The notes under the pieces are model-generated. The model searched no databases and had not been told where the DNA came from. It was given only the letters and a program-made list of their open reading frames with translations. A DNA stretch of 64,000 nucleotides from Macrostomum lignano (lineage: Eukaryota): contig NIVC01000659.1 in assembly GCA_002269645.1 (NCBI GenBank), positions 124,001-188,000 of the forward strand, in the 5' to 3' direction. This document shows, piece by piece, positions 1-12,799 of the stretch (positions are counted from its first letter, which is position 1; every line of letters starts with the position of its first letter). A program made the translations under genes and the position numbers.

Positions 1-1124
1 TTGCAGCAAAATTGGCATTCAATTTTAATGAATATTTTTCATGGGAATATTTATGGGATATTTTTATATAAAACTGCTGTTTTTGTTAGTTAACTCAATT
101 TAGATTTAGAGACTTTAAACAGTCTTTTAATACACGAGACAGCACACGGCACAAAACAGCCACCCCATAGATAATAACTCAATACTCAAGAATCGCATTT
201 CAAATTTATTATAATTCTTATTAGTCTACTTGAGTAAGTAGAAAGTTAAGCGTTAAAACGACTCTTGGACGACTCTTTCGTGACTCAAACGATTCTGCAG
301 CTCACGTGACGCGCTCGAGACTCAACAGTCGCCTCTCTGTCGCATTGCAGTCGTTTGAGTCGTTAAAAAGTCTTAAGAGTCGCCCCAGAGTCGCTAGAGT
401 CACCAGTGAGTTGTTTACAATGACTCTTTAGCCATTCTTGTCACGGTAACGTTTTCAACAAGCCCAAGGTGATTTTCTTATAAGCATGGAGAAACCAGTG
501 GGAGCTAAGCCAGGAATCGAGCCCGGGACCTTGGCTCCCTTTAAGGCTAGGCTACCCAAGCCTTTCTGGCATAGTTTACGGAAGCATAGTTTGAGTAAGT
601 CCCTGGCTTGAACTCAAAGGTTATTTGACAGCACAGCAGTGTACATGGTAGGGTAGAGCATTAGTTAGTATTTTATTTGATTTAGAAATTTTTAACTGAT
701 GGCAACTGGCATCCCGGTTATAAATTTGGCATCCAACCAAGTTTTAAAAAGCTACCTTAATGTTACTGCCCTAGCGCAATCGAAAATTATGCTAAAGTTT
801 AACAAAAAATCAAAACAAAAGACATACAAAATAACTAATTAATGCATTTTATTGAAAGTACTCTGGTAGAGACAAATGAAAACAAATAAAATTACATAGT
901 TAGAAAAGACTAGACATATACTGGGAAGCATTCCTTGCAGTTGTAGCAATTTCAAGTGTGTACACATCGAGCACCGAAACTGTTTGATGTACAGCAGTAA
1001 CATACCGTAATAGCATAAATAATTATATGTACAAAATCGCTAACAGTAGCAAGTATCAAGCATTGCATTACAAATTTAGGCAGTAATAGTTTGTGAGTTT
1101 GATTTTAGACTGTCGTTAATTTTT

Positions 1125-1430
1125 AATAGTACTACTGACACTACTACTACGAGTACTATATCCAAATGTGTAGAGTTACGGGCATAGAAATATTTGCCAC
1201 TGAATAACTGGGACTTAAAGGACTTAAAAGACTGGGGGGGGGGTCGCCACACACATCCTCAATTACCCCAGCTAATGCTGGCACCCATTTTACAGCTGGG
1301 TGAACTGAAGCAATGCAGAGTTAAGTGTCTTGCTCAAGGACACAAATTGTTCCAAGTGGGGTCGAGAATCGAACCCCCAACCTTTCAGTTGTGAGTCAGA
1401 CTCAGACACTATCCACTAGGCTACAACCCC
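1125..1430 (-). mobile_element. tRNA-derived CORE/MIR-like SINE
   Basis: The minus strand has a Pol III A-box-like tagcctagtggata (~1412-1425) and B-box gggttcgattc (~1366-1376). Plus-strand cccattttacagctgggtgaactgaagc...gagttaagtgtcttgctcaaggacaca resembles the MIR CORE antisense consensus as recalled. Short (act)n-like tail near 1130-1160. Confidence 0.65.
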
Positions 1431-1504
1431 CTGTTAGTCACAATACCTACACTGTCACAGTGAATAAATCAATCAAAAGTAGGCAACGGCTATATTTACT
1501 CGGG

Positions 1505-2832
1505 CTACACAGCACAGTACGGAGTGACGCCAGTATCGCAGTGCAAGTGAACGCACACCACTGAAGCTGGCTGTGCTCCATCAATAGCCAGGCTGTACCG
1601 GCGGGTCACCCGGTACCGCAAGCTGTCCATACCGCTGGTTCTGTCTCGCCTGAAGGTCAATTCCCGCTGATTGCCAACAATGCGGCTGTCCCGGGCGTGC
1701 CTGCGCGGATCGTGCAGGTGGACGAAACTGGCCGTGCCGCTTGACAGATTGCGCAATCGACCAATAGATAGACCGGCCTCCATTAATCTAAGCCGGAACT
1801 CGTCGTCCTCGCGACCCCAGCCCCAGAATAGGTTGGAGAAGCCGCCAGACTTGGCGAATGCCTCACGCGTTAACAGCAGAATGCCGCCCATGTACTCTTT
1901 GTAGTGGTACTGCGGGTTGAGGGTTGACGGGTCGACGGTGTTCTTGAATGGGGCTTCAGTGCGATTGTTTCTTAGCAGTACATCACAACTCTTTTTTGAA
2001 GGGTTTTACATGTACAGGACAACTCTCTTTTGAAGGGTTGTACATGTACATCACAACTCGGTTTTGAAGGGTTGTACATGTACAGGACAACTCTCTTTTG
2101 AAGGGTTGTACATGTACAGGACAACTCATTTTTCAATGGTCGTTCATGTACAGGACAATCCTTTTTGAAGGGCTGTACATGTACAGGACAACTCGGTTTT
2201 GAAGGGTTGTGCCAGTATATGTACAGGACAACTCTTTTTTTAAAGGGCTGTACGCGTACAGGACAATTGGTTGAAGGGTTGTACATGTACAGGACAAGTC
2301 TTTGCGGGGATGTACTCGTACTGAGGGGATTATTTGTAGTAGGTATAATTAACCAATTAGCATCAGCACCACATTCGCAAGCACCAACCTGAGGATGCAG
2401 GTAAGGCGGTGTGACATGCAGCACATCATATCCGCCTTTGTCCGGCGGAAACGGATAGTCAATAGAGGAATGATTGGGCAACAGATCCACATCGTGCAGA
2501 GCCATATAGTCGCAGTCTGAGCAGCCGTGCTCAAGGAAGCCAACGTTGAGCAGTGCGCCGCGATTGAATCTAAACGAGTCGCACTGGTCCACCACGATCA
2601 CGTGATGCGGCCGGTGGCGATCGTTTAAAAATTTGCTCATATAAGGCAGGAAAGCTGACAGTTCGCTAAATCTGTCTCTGAATGGCACTATGATGAGTAG
2701 CCGGTGATCTATCATCTGCTTTGACGCCAACCTGTCTTGAACAGACTGGCGCAGTGCAATGCACAAAAGAAACAATAATACTACTATAAGCAGTAAATGG
2801 CACGATCTTTGTCCGTTTAATTTTAATTGCAT
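1505..2832 (-). CDS. B4GALT7: Xylosylprotein beta-1,4-galactosyltransferase (GT7 family). Exons 2832-2389 and 1909-1505, 282 aa
   Basis: N-terminal TM anchor, IVPFRDR, FRFNRGALLNVGF, LHDVDLLP (DxD), HPQ|YHYKEYMGGILLL across a GT..AG phase-0 intron (1910-2388), and GFSNLFWGWGREDDEF. Spliced length 849 nt is divisible by 3. Confidence 0.93.
1985..2310. repeat. ~33-bp intronic minisatellite in B4GALT7
   Basis: Repeated tttgaagggttgtacatgtacaggacaactc. Confidence 0.9.
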
Positions 2833-2940
2833 TGTCTGATTGTTTAGCGCCAAGCAACACCTGAAAATCGTATTGCAAATTCAATTCTAAGATTATTCTG
2901 TTAATAAAGCGAGGCACCCACTCCCACTTGTCTACTACTA

Positions 2941-3670
2941 GTGTCTACTTCTTCCAAGTACTGTCTAATTCTTACAATTCTACTGTCAACTTCTCCCAAT
3001 CCTAGTATCTACTTCTCCCAAATCTACTGTTTACTTCTTCTCCCCATTCTACTATCTAATTCTTCCGATTCTGCATGCTTATCTACTTCTCCCAGTGTTA
3101 CTACAATATCTACTTCTTCCGATTCTGCATGCTTATCTACTTCTCCCAGTGTTACTACAATATCTACTTCTTCCAATTCTTCTATCTACTTCTCCCAATT
3201 CTACTATCTACTTCTCTCAATTCTACTATCTACTTCTCTCAATTCTACTATCTACTTCTCTCAATTCTACTATCTACTTCTCTCAATTCTACTATCTACT
3301 TCTCTCAATTCTACTATCTACTTCTCTCAATTCTACTATCTACTTCCCTCAATTCTACTATCTACTCCTCCCAATTCTACCATCAAGCTCTCCCAATTTT
3401 ACTATCTACTTCTCCCAATCCTACTATCTACTTCTCCCAATCCTACTATCTACTTCTCCCAATCCTACTATCTACTTCTCCCAATTCTACGGTCTACTCC
3501 CAATACTACTATACACTTCTCCCAATTCTAATATCCACTTCTCCCAATCCTACTATCTACTTCTCCCAATTTTACCATCCACCTCTCGCAATTCTACCAT
3601 CTACATCTCACAATTCTACTATCTACTTCTCTCAATTCTACTATCTACTTTTCCTAATTCTCCCATGTCA
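2941..3670. repeat. ~22-bp pyrimidine-rich minisatellite between ZDHHC and B4GALT7
   Basis: Repeated ctactatctacttctcccaatt; source of three overlapping low-complexity ORFs. Confidence 0.9.
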
Positions 3671-4228
3671 ATGAAAAAAATTAGGTAGTTTTATCAACAA
3701 AGCAGTGCCATTGTATTTAAGAATTTAAAACAGTTAAAAAGCATCTCGACTATACAGTAAATCATGAGATTTGAACTTGATTTTTGGGATTCTTTAGCGT
3801 TAGTTTTCGTGGGCTAAATAGTTATAATAGCAATTATCAAGTAAAAAACAACTAATTCAAATGAATTTACGCAACAGAAAACAAACAGTTACAACAACAC
3901 AAGGAAATGCAATTGATAATTGATTAACGTACTTTTGTTTATATAAATAGATAAGAAATTTCTACACAGCAACTAATAGGATTAAACAATAACGCAATAA
4001 ATAAAGCATTTTTGCTACTTATATAGTAACACTTAGTAGTACGCAAAGAATTTCTTATGCATTTTAAATCTTATGATAAGCAACTCGGGTTTAACAACTG
4101 ACCTTCTGTGAGTTAAGAAAGGGGGATTCTAATGTCAAGAAAGGGGAATATCAATCTTTATCGTTGTGAGGGATTTTTCTCTAACATAAAAGTACATCAA
4201 AATCTCCATTACTGCTGGACGCATGCTG

Positions 4229-6167
4229 CTATTTATTAGCTTCGACATCGCTGTCCGGCTCACGCGGACCAGCCAGCAGGTTGTCACGGTCCTCGCCGAA
4301 CTCGTGACGCGTTGGGAACACCAGGCCGGAGCCCTGACTGTGGACGGCGGAACAGCGGCAGGTGGATGCACATGATCAAATACACATCTAGATACACATG
4401 ATCAAATACACATCTAGATGCACATGATCAAATACACATCTAGATACACATGATCAAATACACATCTAGATGCACATGATCAAATACACATCTAGATGCA
4501 CATGATCAAATACACATCTAGATACACATGATCAAATACACATCTAGATGCACATGATCAAATACACATCTAGATGCACATGATCAAATACACATCTAGA
4601 TGCACATGATCAAATACACATCTAGATGCACATGATCAAACACACATTTAGATACACATGATCTAATACACATCTAGATACACATGATCTAATACACATC
4701 TAGATACACATCTAGATACACATGATCTAATACACATCTAGATGCACATGATCAAATACACATCTAGATGCACATGATCAAATACACATCTAGATACACA
4801 TGATTAAATACAAATCTAGATGCACATGATTAAATACACATCTATATACACATGATCAAATACACATCTATATACACATGATCTAATACACATCTAGATA
4901 CACATGATCAAATACACATCTAGATGCACATGATCAAATGCACATCTAGATGCAGATGATCTTATACACATCTAGATAGAGACGATCTAATACACATCTA
5001 CATACAGATGATCTAATACACATCTAGATACAGGTAAACACAAAAGCAAAACTGCTCGCACTCACCTGGAGTACATCGGCAGCAGCCACATAAGCCGATC
5101 ATTGCCAAACACTTGCTTGAAATTATTCTTCAAGCCGGCGTGATAAGCCCGTTTATCCGGCCCGAATTCGAACATGGGAGCCCGGAAGCTCTCCAAAGTA
5201 GTGAGATTGAGCAATGTTAAGTACAGGTGGTAGCCGCCCAGGCCAACCAGAGCGATGCAGAACATCCAAGCCGCAAAGAACAGGAACAGGAGGTGGAACC
5301 GGACCGCGTGGACATTGCCGATGCCCGCCTGAAGTTAGCGGTTCAATTATTCTCAGGTGCATTTCAGGGGTCAGTTAAGGTCAAATCTCAGGTGCATTTC
5401 AGAGGTCAGTTAAGGTCAAATCTCAGGTGCATTTCAGGGATCAGTTAAGGTCAAATCTCAGGTGCATTTCAGGGATCAGTTAAGGTCAAATCTCAGGTGC
5501 ATTTCAGGGGTCATTTAAGGTCAAATCTCAGGTGCAGTTTAGGTGTCAGTTAAGGTCAAATCTCAGGTGCATTTCAGGGGTCAGTTAAGGTCAAATCTCA
5601 TGTGTAGTTTAGGGGTAAGTTAAGGTCAAATCTCTGGTGCAGTTTAAAGATCAGTTAAGGTCAAATCTCAGGTGCAGCTTAGGGATCAGTTAAGGTCAAA
5701 TCTCAGGTGCAGTTTAGTGATCAGTTAAGGTCAAATCTCAGGTGCAGTTTAGGGATCAGTTAAGGTCAAATCTCAGGTGCAGTTTAGGGATCAGTTAAGG
5801 TCAAATCTCAGGTGCTGTCATGGAAATCAATTCAAGGATGAGCAAAGGTGATTAAATTACACAAAAGAGCACTCACAGTCCAAAACTTGACAAAGTATTT
5901 AGCGGTAGTGCAGCCCACATAGAAGCAGTACAGAGAGCCGTACATGAGGAACTGGACAAAGAATTTATAGTTGTGAAAACCAACGCAGTTGTTCACCCAG
6001 GGACAGTGATGGTCCATCTTTAGTAGGCAGCTGCGGTGATTAAGGGATGCAGGATTTAGCGAATCAACGGCTGCTACTAAACTAAAGGAGTTCAATCAGT
6101 TGGTAGATTTCACCTGGTATCGATAGAAATAATTTGAGCATGTAGGTACGTAAAAATAGGGACAGAG

Positions 6168-6229
<62 letters not shown>

Positions 6230-6255
6230 GCAGACAGACAGACAGACAGACAGGC

Positions 6256-6286
<31 letters not shown>

Positions 6287-9200
6287 GACTCAGTGACAGG
6301 TCCTGACTCAGCGACAGACCAGCTGACAAAGAGATCTCAGAAACCTGTCCTAACCTATCGCGAGTTTAAATCTCACATCCGGACACACGCAGAAGCAAAA
6401 CACCCAAACAGACCATCCGCAGGTGGAGCAGTGGTGCGCCCTGTCCGGTTTAATCAGCCGGCAGTCCTCGCAGATGCGGATGCCGTTGCCATTGGCCCGG
6501 GTGTACACCGGCAGGCCGCGCTGCCGCACCAGGCCCAGCAGGTACTCCGTCTTTCGCTGCCTGCTGCTGCCGACCTCCTCCAGACTGGCCCATTCCGACG
6601 GTGACAGCTCGAACTGCAAGGCCCGCAGCAGCTTAGAGAAGGCATCTGGGAATTGACCTTAACTGATCCCTAAACTGCACCTGAGATTTGACCTTAACTG
6701 ATCCCTAAACTGCACCTGAGATTTGACCTTAACTGATCCCTAAACTGCACCTGAGATTTGACCTTAACTGATCCCTAAACTGCACCTGAGATTTGACCTT
6801 AACTGATCCCTAAACTGCACCTGAGATTTGACCTTAACTGACCCCTAAAATGCACCTGAGATTTGACCTTAACTGACCCCTAAAATGCACCTGAGATTTG
6901 ACCTTAACTGACACCTAAACTGCACCTGAGATTTGACCTTAAATGACCCCTAAACTGCACATGAAAATCGACCTCAATTCTACTCACCTGCCTGGGTGGT
7001 CGAATAGGCCAAGTCAATGATGCTTGAGCATAGCTCCACAAAAATATGACAAGAAACAGGTGGTAGAACACTATGAGTAGGACTGCAATTAGATTGTAAA
7101 ATATACATATATTATGCTTTGTAATAACTTACTATAATGCAAATTAACCAATTGAGAAAGCTTATAAAACAGAATTACCCTTCCCTCCTGTGCTTGAAGC
7201 TGGGACAGTTTCTAAAATTTAATGATATAACAACCAATTTAAGCATTACTCATGCAAATGCTTAAAATACAAATGAAAATGCACCTCTTGGTTCTTCTAT
7301 TGTTAGGTATAAAATCAATTTTGACTTCTCTTAGTGGCAACTATTTGCATAGCTGATTTATTGTTTAGGGATTTGACATGCTATTCAAAAATTAAAAAAA
7401 ATAATATATATGTTCTTATGTTCAATAAAACAGTTTTTATATTTAAATTTTCATTTGCATATCATTGTCATTGTTGCCATTTCCATGCCATTGATATAGC
7501 AGAATGAAGTACCATAGGCTATCTTTTAATCCCATAGTCTAAAGGATTATTTGGTCAATACATTGCTTTGTTTGAGTGATTATTAGCAACATAAAATGGT
7601 AACTTGTCTATGGCCAACATTCAAATTATTTTATTAAACAATTTGTTAAAACCAAATTGTAAATTGTTTTGAATATCTAGGTTTACCTAAATACCTATTA
7701 AGAACCCTATATACTTGTACTTCAATGCATGCATTTTAAAAGAGAAGATTTCAAGAATATAATTTGAATTATAATACTATATAGTATAAGCCATAGGCCA
7801 TAGTTTGGATGGTGCAACATGGTACACCAGTAAAAAATGCCTCTTTCATTATGGTTTGCCACCTTTTTTGCATATGTGACAATTGAAATGATTGAAAAAT
7901 TCAATTGAAGAAACATATTTTAATTTTTTTAAAAAATGTTTTGTAAACAATTAATTTTTTATACTATCTTACAGAAATCAAAATGGTTATTATCAACAAA
8001 TTTTAAACAGATGAAACAATTTTTTAAAGTTTATATTTAGAACAATATACTATTCATATTGGATATAAATGGATTTTTTAACTCTTGTCATTGTTGAAAT
8101 GTGTGTATAGTTTAAAAAATAGATTATTGCAGCTAGTGCACCAAGAATTTCTTGAGCTTGAAGTGGTATGCCAAAATAGCTAAACTCTTTATGGTATACC
8201 AGAAAATTCCAGCATATATGTAACTTTCTTAAGTGTAGGCGGTAGGCCATAAGTCTTAACATTAAAAATTATATTAAACCTAATAGCCATGCTTCCAAAA
8301 TCCATTGCAGTTGTCTAATAATCTATAAAATAACATCTAAAACACAAAAATTAGTTATGAAATAAGAAATTTACAAACATTTTACTATAACAAACATGCT
8401 TTTTGCCAAAAAATGGCATAGTTTTTAGTGTATTTGAGATGAAATAAGTTTTAAAACTAAAAAATAATAACTTTTTTATTACTTGATCAATTTTCAAGTT
8501 TGGTGTCATTTTACTTATAACATTCATGGCTATAACATGGCCATATAAATAAAAAAAGGATTTCAATTTTTTCCTCACTGGACACCTTACTAATATTATT
8601 AGGCCTAATTATATTTATATTATATTTTAGGCCTACCCCTATTATTAAATTACAACTATATAGAGGTTGGATGGGATTGAAATCTTTAGGCAAGATTGGG
8701 ATTGGGAATAATTTTTTTCTCGGGATTGGGATCAAGATCAGGATTCGAGAATTGGGATCAGGTCTTTTAGTGTATTGTAGCTTGTAGGTCCATATAAAGT
8801 TAAAACAAAATTGAGCTAAAAATGTAAAGATTAAAAAGTAGAATATAACAAAATTGATGCAAAGTTTTGTAACCAACAAATTAACAATGTAATGACTCAA
8901 ATGAGTACAAGATAAAACAAAATACATTCAAGTAATCACTAATTCTATAAATTTTGAATCAAAAGACCTATTCCTATTTCTCGTGTTTTTTAGGGTTGGG
9001 ATTCTAGTCTCGTAGGAATCCAATTTTCCATGGGATCCCAAGATTTTGGGATCGGGATTAGGATCCCGTCCGACCTCTTCTATATATATGTTGATCTAGT
9101 CTCTTAGCTAACTAACCTAAATGCTATTTTGGGTTTATAATAAGTCTAGCCTGGTCCAACTCTAAAAATCTTATAACAACTAAAAATATAGCTTAATTGA

Positions 9201-9627
9201 TAGCTTGGCCTATTTTGAATAGGCCCAAGTCTAGTGTATAAGTAAGCCCCTATAACAAAGGCCTAGGCCTAGCCATATCAGTTTTAACTCCTATAGTTCA
9301 GGATAGCTGGATAGGTCTAAGAATCCTGGATTAACTTCAAAAACACAATTTTACTATTTTTTTAGCTAGACTAGCCTAGGTTAGAAAGAGAACAGCTATT
9401 AAACTTATCTTGTTGACTTATGTTAGGCCTAGGCTAGGGGGGGGGGGGCTACTAGACAAAGAAAGCAACAAATATTAAAATTTGAATGCCATTGAATTAT
9501 AAAAAATGTACTTACCAATACACATAACAATTATGTATGCATAATATGACCAACCGATTATACTTAAAATTACAAGAAGGGGTATTGCTTTACAGACTGT
9601 AAAACATATTTGAAAAATCTTATTCAT
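4229..9627 (-). CDS. ZDHHC2/15/20-like: DHHC palmitoyltransferase of the ZDHHC2/15/20 group. Exons 9627-9516, 7211-7179, 7082-6988, 6613-6414, 6030-5877, 5328-5066, 4337-4229; 321 aa
   Basis: Motifs [91 protein letters not shown] and [10 protein letters not shown]. All junctions are GT-AG and phase-compatible; total 966 nt. Confidence 0.92.
4370..5030. repeat. 26-bp intronic minisatellite (ZDHHC last intron)
   Basis: Repeated cacatgatcaaatacacatctagatg. Confidence 0.92.
5352..5816 (+). repeat. 35-bp intronic minisatellite (ZDHHC intron 5329-5876)
   Basis: Repeated tcagttaaggtcaaatctcaggtgcagtttaggga. Confidence 0.92.
6161..6290. repeat. (GACA)n microsatellite
   Basis: Directly visible. Confidence 0.95.
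6651..6975 (-). repeat. The same 35-bp minisatellite as 5352-5816, in inverted orientation (ZDHHC intron 6614-6987)
   Basis: Repeated gatttgaccttaactgatccctaaactgcacctga, the reverse complement of the 5352-5816 unit. Confidence 0.93.
8661..9079. mobile_element. Decayed MITE with TAGAGG termini
   Basis: Left tagaggttggatgggat versus reverse complement of right end agaggtcggacgggat; internal gggattgggatc repeats; TSD unclear. Confidence 0.6.
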
Positions 9628-10414
9628 TATACTAACACTATGCTATAATGCTACTACTTTTTAGAATTCGGCAGGGATGAATTGTCAATCAAAAGTCTGT
9701 GAAGAATCAAATTTTATTTTTGCAAAAAGATTCTCAGTAGTTTGCCACTCTAGTTTCTGCTTCAGCTAGAGCAACGCTCAGATGGGCTAATCTAGCAATA
9801 TGCCACTCTGTCGATACTGAGTCGTTACGTCCGAAACACTATCTAACGCGTGCTTTCAATTTAGATTTTCATGCACATGCATAAAAATAACAGAAACAGC
9901 ATTAAACTGTTTATCTGCACTCTGCAGACAAACTAACTAGGATGATCTTAGTCGAATGTCGAATGAGTGAGCCAATTCTTTCTAAGAATATGTTTATTTG
10001 AATTCTATATATTTTACAAACGAACAAAGGTCTTGCAGACCTGATGCAGAGTAAAAGATTCAACTTAGGGCGTTATAACCAAGCACTTATAATAAAAATA
10101 GTAAGAAAAATATAAGAAACACTACTTTGAATCAGATTATTCAGAACACTAGTGCTAGCCAAAGATACTATAACACTAGATAAGGACGACTTAAGTAGGA
10201 CGTGGAAACCTCGTTTCTTAGAAAATTTTAGAAAACAAGTTTTCCCGAAAAAAATACACTACAGAGATAGAAAGTTTTTATTTTTTCAGCACAAAAATTG
10301 CTTTTGATAGGAGGCAGATCCAGTGTTCATCTTTTGATATGTTGTGCCTTTCTTATTGCTCTATCGATATGCATAGAGCTTTTTATTCTAGAGCTTTTCG
10401 TTCTTTCGTTCGGC

Positions 10415-10498
10415 TAGTTGACGAAACGACCAGTGATAAAACCGAGTTGACGAAATGGCCAGTTGACGAAACGCCAGTTGACGAAATGACTAGGACCC
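10415..10498. repeat. Subterminal array (agttgacgaaa) of a DNA-transposon end
   Basis: About four copies of agttgacgaaa ending in actaggaccc; the partner end was not found. Confidence 0.45.
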
Positions 10499-10700
10499 GA
10501 TAATTTAGGCGCACTGGTGGTGGGATAGAAAATCAGGGACTGCACATAGCTATAGCCTGGGTTTGGCCGTTGGGTGAGGGTTAGAGAGGTTGCGGGTTAG
10601 AAAATTTGGGGTGGCGAATCGTGTTTAAATACAAGCTTAGATAAACATTACTAGAGTCAGAGTTAATGAAAGTACGAGTGCTTACTGGCTTTTCTAGCTA

Positions 10701-11480
10701 ATGTCTTTTGATTCGAACCTGTTGCTGTGCTCCCACTTGCAGTACAAGCTTTGGCTATCACCATCCGAGAAAGGAAATCTGGTGTGAATGCATAAATTAC
10801 TGAAAGATGACACTGGCGAAGCGCTGGCAGCAGTTTGGAGCTGGAGCTGGATATTGACCCTCAAACAGTTAAACCAAGGGGCCTACGTGTGTGCAGCTTG
10901 CACTTTACGGACGAGGCCTACAACTCCCTTACAAAGCGCCACAAACAAGACATCCGTCTTCGCTGGGACGCAATCCCACGGCCAAGAACTGGTGCTGCCT
11001 CGGCGCGTTTGAATAGACCAGCTACCCCTGTGTGCAAAGGACTGATGGAGGCGGACGACATGTACCCTCCAGTGCTGGAGCCAATTAGCGATCTACTTGC
11101 AGCCGAGCCTGCGGCCTGCCTGCTGCCAGTGCTGTGGCAGAGCAACACCGTGTCGGCTACCAGATGCTGCGCCGAGAATAGCTGTTGCGGCTGCACTGAG
11201 AGCTCTCACCTCTGCAGCCGATTCCAAGCCAACGACAGAAAGACGATGATCAAGCGGCTGCAGCGGCGATCCCGAAAGCGACAGGCGATGATCAAGCGGC
11301 TGCAGCAGCAACTCTCAATGGTCAAGGCAAGTGTATACTCGTAACGCAGCGCAGTCATCCGTGGACTGTGAATGCGTGGCTGGCGCAGCTTCCAGCGGTC
11401 GACTGGGCGCTCGCAGTCGGGGGTGCTCTGGTCGAAGGATGTCATCAGCTGATCATTGCAGCTGCACCACAAGAGTCATC
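10701..11480 (+). pseudogene. Degenerate THAP-domain, P-element/THAP9-like transposase 5' fragment
   Basis: Across frameshifts: CCAPTCS, RKSGVN, AKRWQQF, RVCSLHFTDEAY..RLRWDAIP (THAP CSxHF and AVP-box), coiled-coil IKRLQ repeats, then GVLWSKDVIS*SLQL. Confidence 0.65.
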
Positions 11481-12799
11481 TGTTGGGCCGTGCCGCTTGA
11501 CGGTTGACGCTTTAGTTGTTAATAAGCAGCCAGCTGGATGCTGTCCCTGAAAAAAGGTGACTGGCGCTGCGAAAGTTTCACAAACTGCGATTAGCTGATT
11601 AACTGATGAGAAATCTATTTGCTACACGAATACGTGTATATGATATATGTACTACTAGTTTAAGTAGTTCCTGGCTCTTATTCGCTAAACATAAATTAGT
11701 TGACATAATAAATAATACAGCCTTCAATGATACAATCTAAAGCATTCACAATGTTGCTTTGAGTCGTAGAAAGTATAATTATAAGTTTATTTTTGCAAAT
11801 AAAATCATGATACAATTGCTGCATTGAATTCATTAGTTTTTAATTTTTTTTAAATATAAAAAATTACTGTATTTCCGGCAAAAAACGCCATAAAAAAGAG
11901 AAAAAAATTGTTGGCTGTAAAAAATCATCACTAATCAACCAAAAGTCTTCATATTTCGATGAGGTTTTTGATTTAAAAAAAATTCCGTCTTTGTTCTGTC
12001 ATGGCGCTAGCGGACAGCTAGCGCGGTTCCCTGTACATATGTAAGGGTTTTCCCAGTGGGTAGGCTCAATCTGTATAGCTTAACCAGTCATTCAGGTATG
12101 ATAAAACACGGATTTAATGATGAGCTTCATGCCAGGATCGATGTAGATATCTCGCAGACGTCTAGCCAGGGTGTTGTGCTCGCAGCTCCGCTCAGCAGGT
12201 CTTTCGCTAGGCTGCTCACTCTGTAGACGGCGAAAGCATGGTAGCAGGACTCCACCTTGATTGAAATGCTATTGCGGTTTATAGCGATTTCATCCGTGAT
12301 GATGCTGTGATCGTATTCAGTAACGCTGCAGAATCGCTTCTTGCTGAAATACGTGCGGGAGCAGGGATCGTAGAGTCCGTTTCCTAAGCGATTGTTGGCG
12401 CCGAGTAAGTCAAGCTTGGGCTTGGCGCTGAAGTAGTAAATTCCCTGAGCAATGTTGTTAAAGTTCCATGGATCCCATTCCAGATCTGGGTCAACTGAAA
12501 TCATCAGATCGACTTTCTCTGCCAAGTTATCGTAAATATAGTTCAGGCTTCAGGTACATGTTTCTGAGGACGCTAATTGTGATGCCGCGATCGAAGAGTT
12601 CCTCCTTCGTAAGCTGCTATCCCCAGCCGGGTCTGTGCACCTTACCGGACCTGTATGTGATGTTAATTTTGCATGGCCCTCTTGGGTTTATTGGCCTGCA
12701 TCCGAGAATCACCGTCACTACTATGGACCCATTTATCCGCCCTTTTTGGAGGTGGGGTGGGTGTCAACGTGGCGCGTGGCGCCAAGCGCCGACCTGCCG

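Noticed and set aside
1366-1425. tRNA gene
   Set aside because: A and B boxes are present but no cloverleaf is evident and the sequence continues into a SINE body. No true tRNA, rRNA, snRNA or SL RNA gene was recognised in the window.
1972-2853. 293-aa single-exon B4GALT7 ORF from the track
   Set aside because: It reads through the intron into a repeat and starts at a non-ATG codon. The spliced model restores the conserved HPxYHY..Y.GG motif.
7722-8927. AT-rich ORFs in the first ZDHHC intron region
   Set aside because: No motifs or splice support. The missing ZDHHC loop is explained by the 33-nt exon at 7211-7179.
11595-11640. Hammerhead ribozyme core (ctgatga..gaaa)
   Set aside because: No flanking helices could be formed here or at the other ctgatga sites examined by eye.
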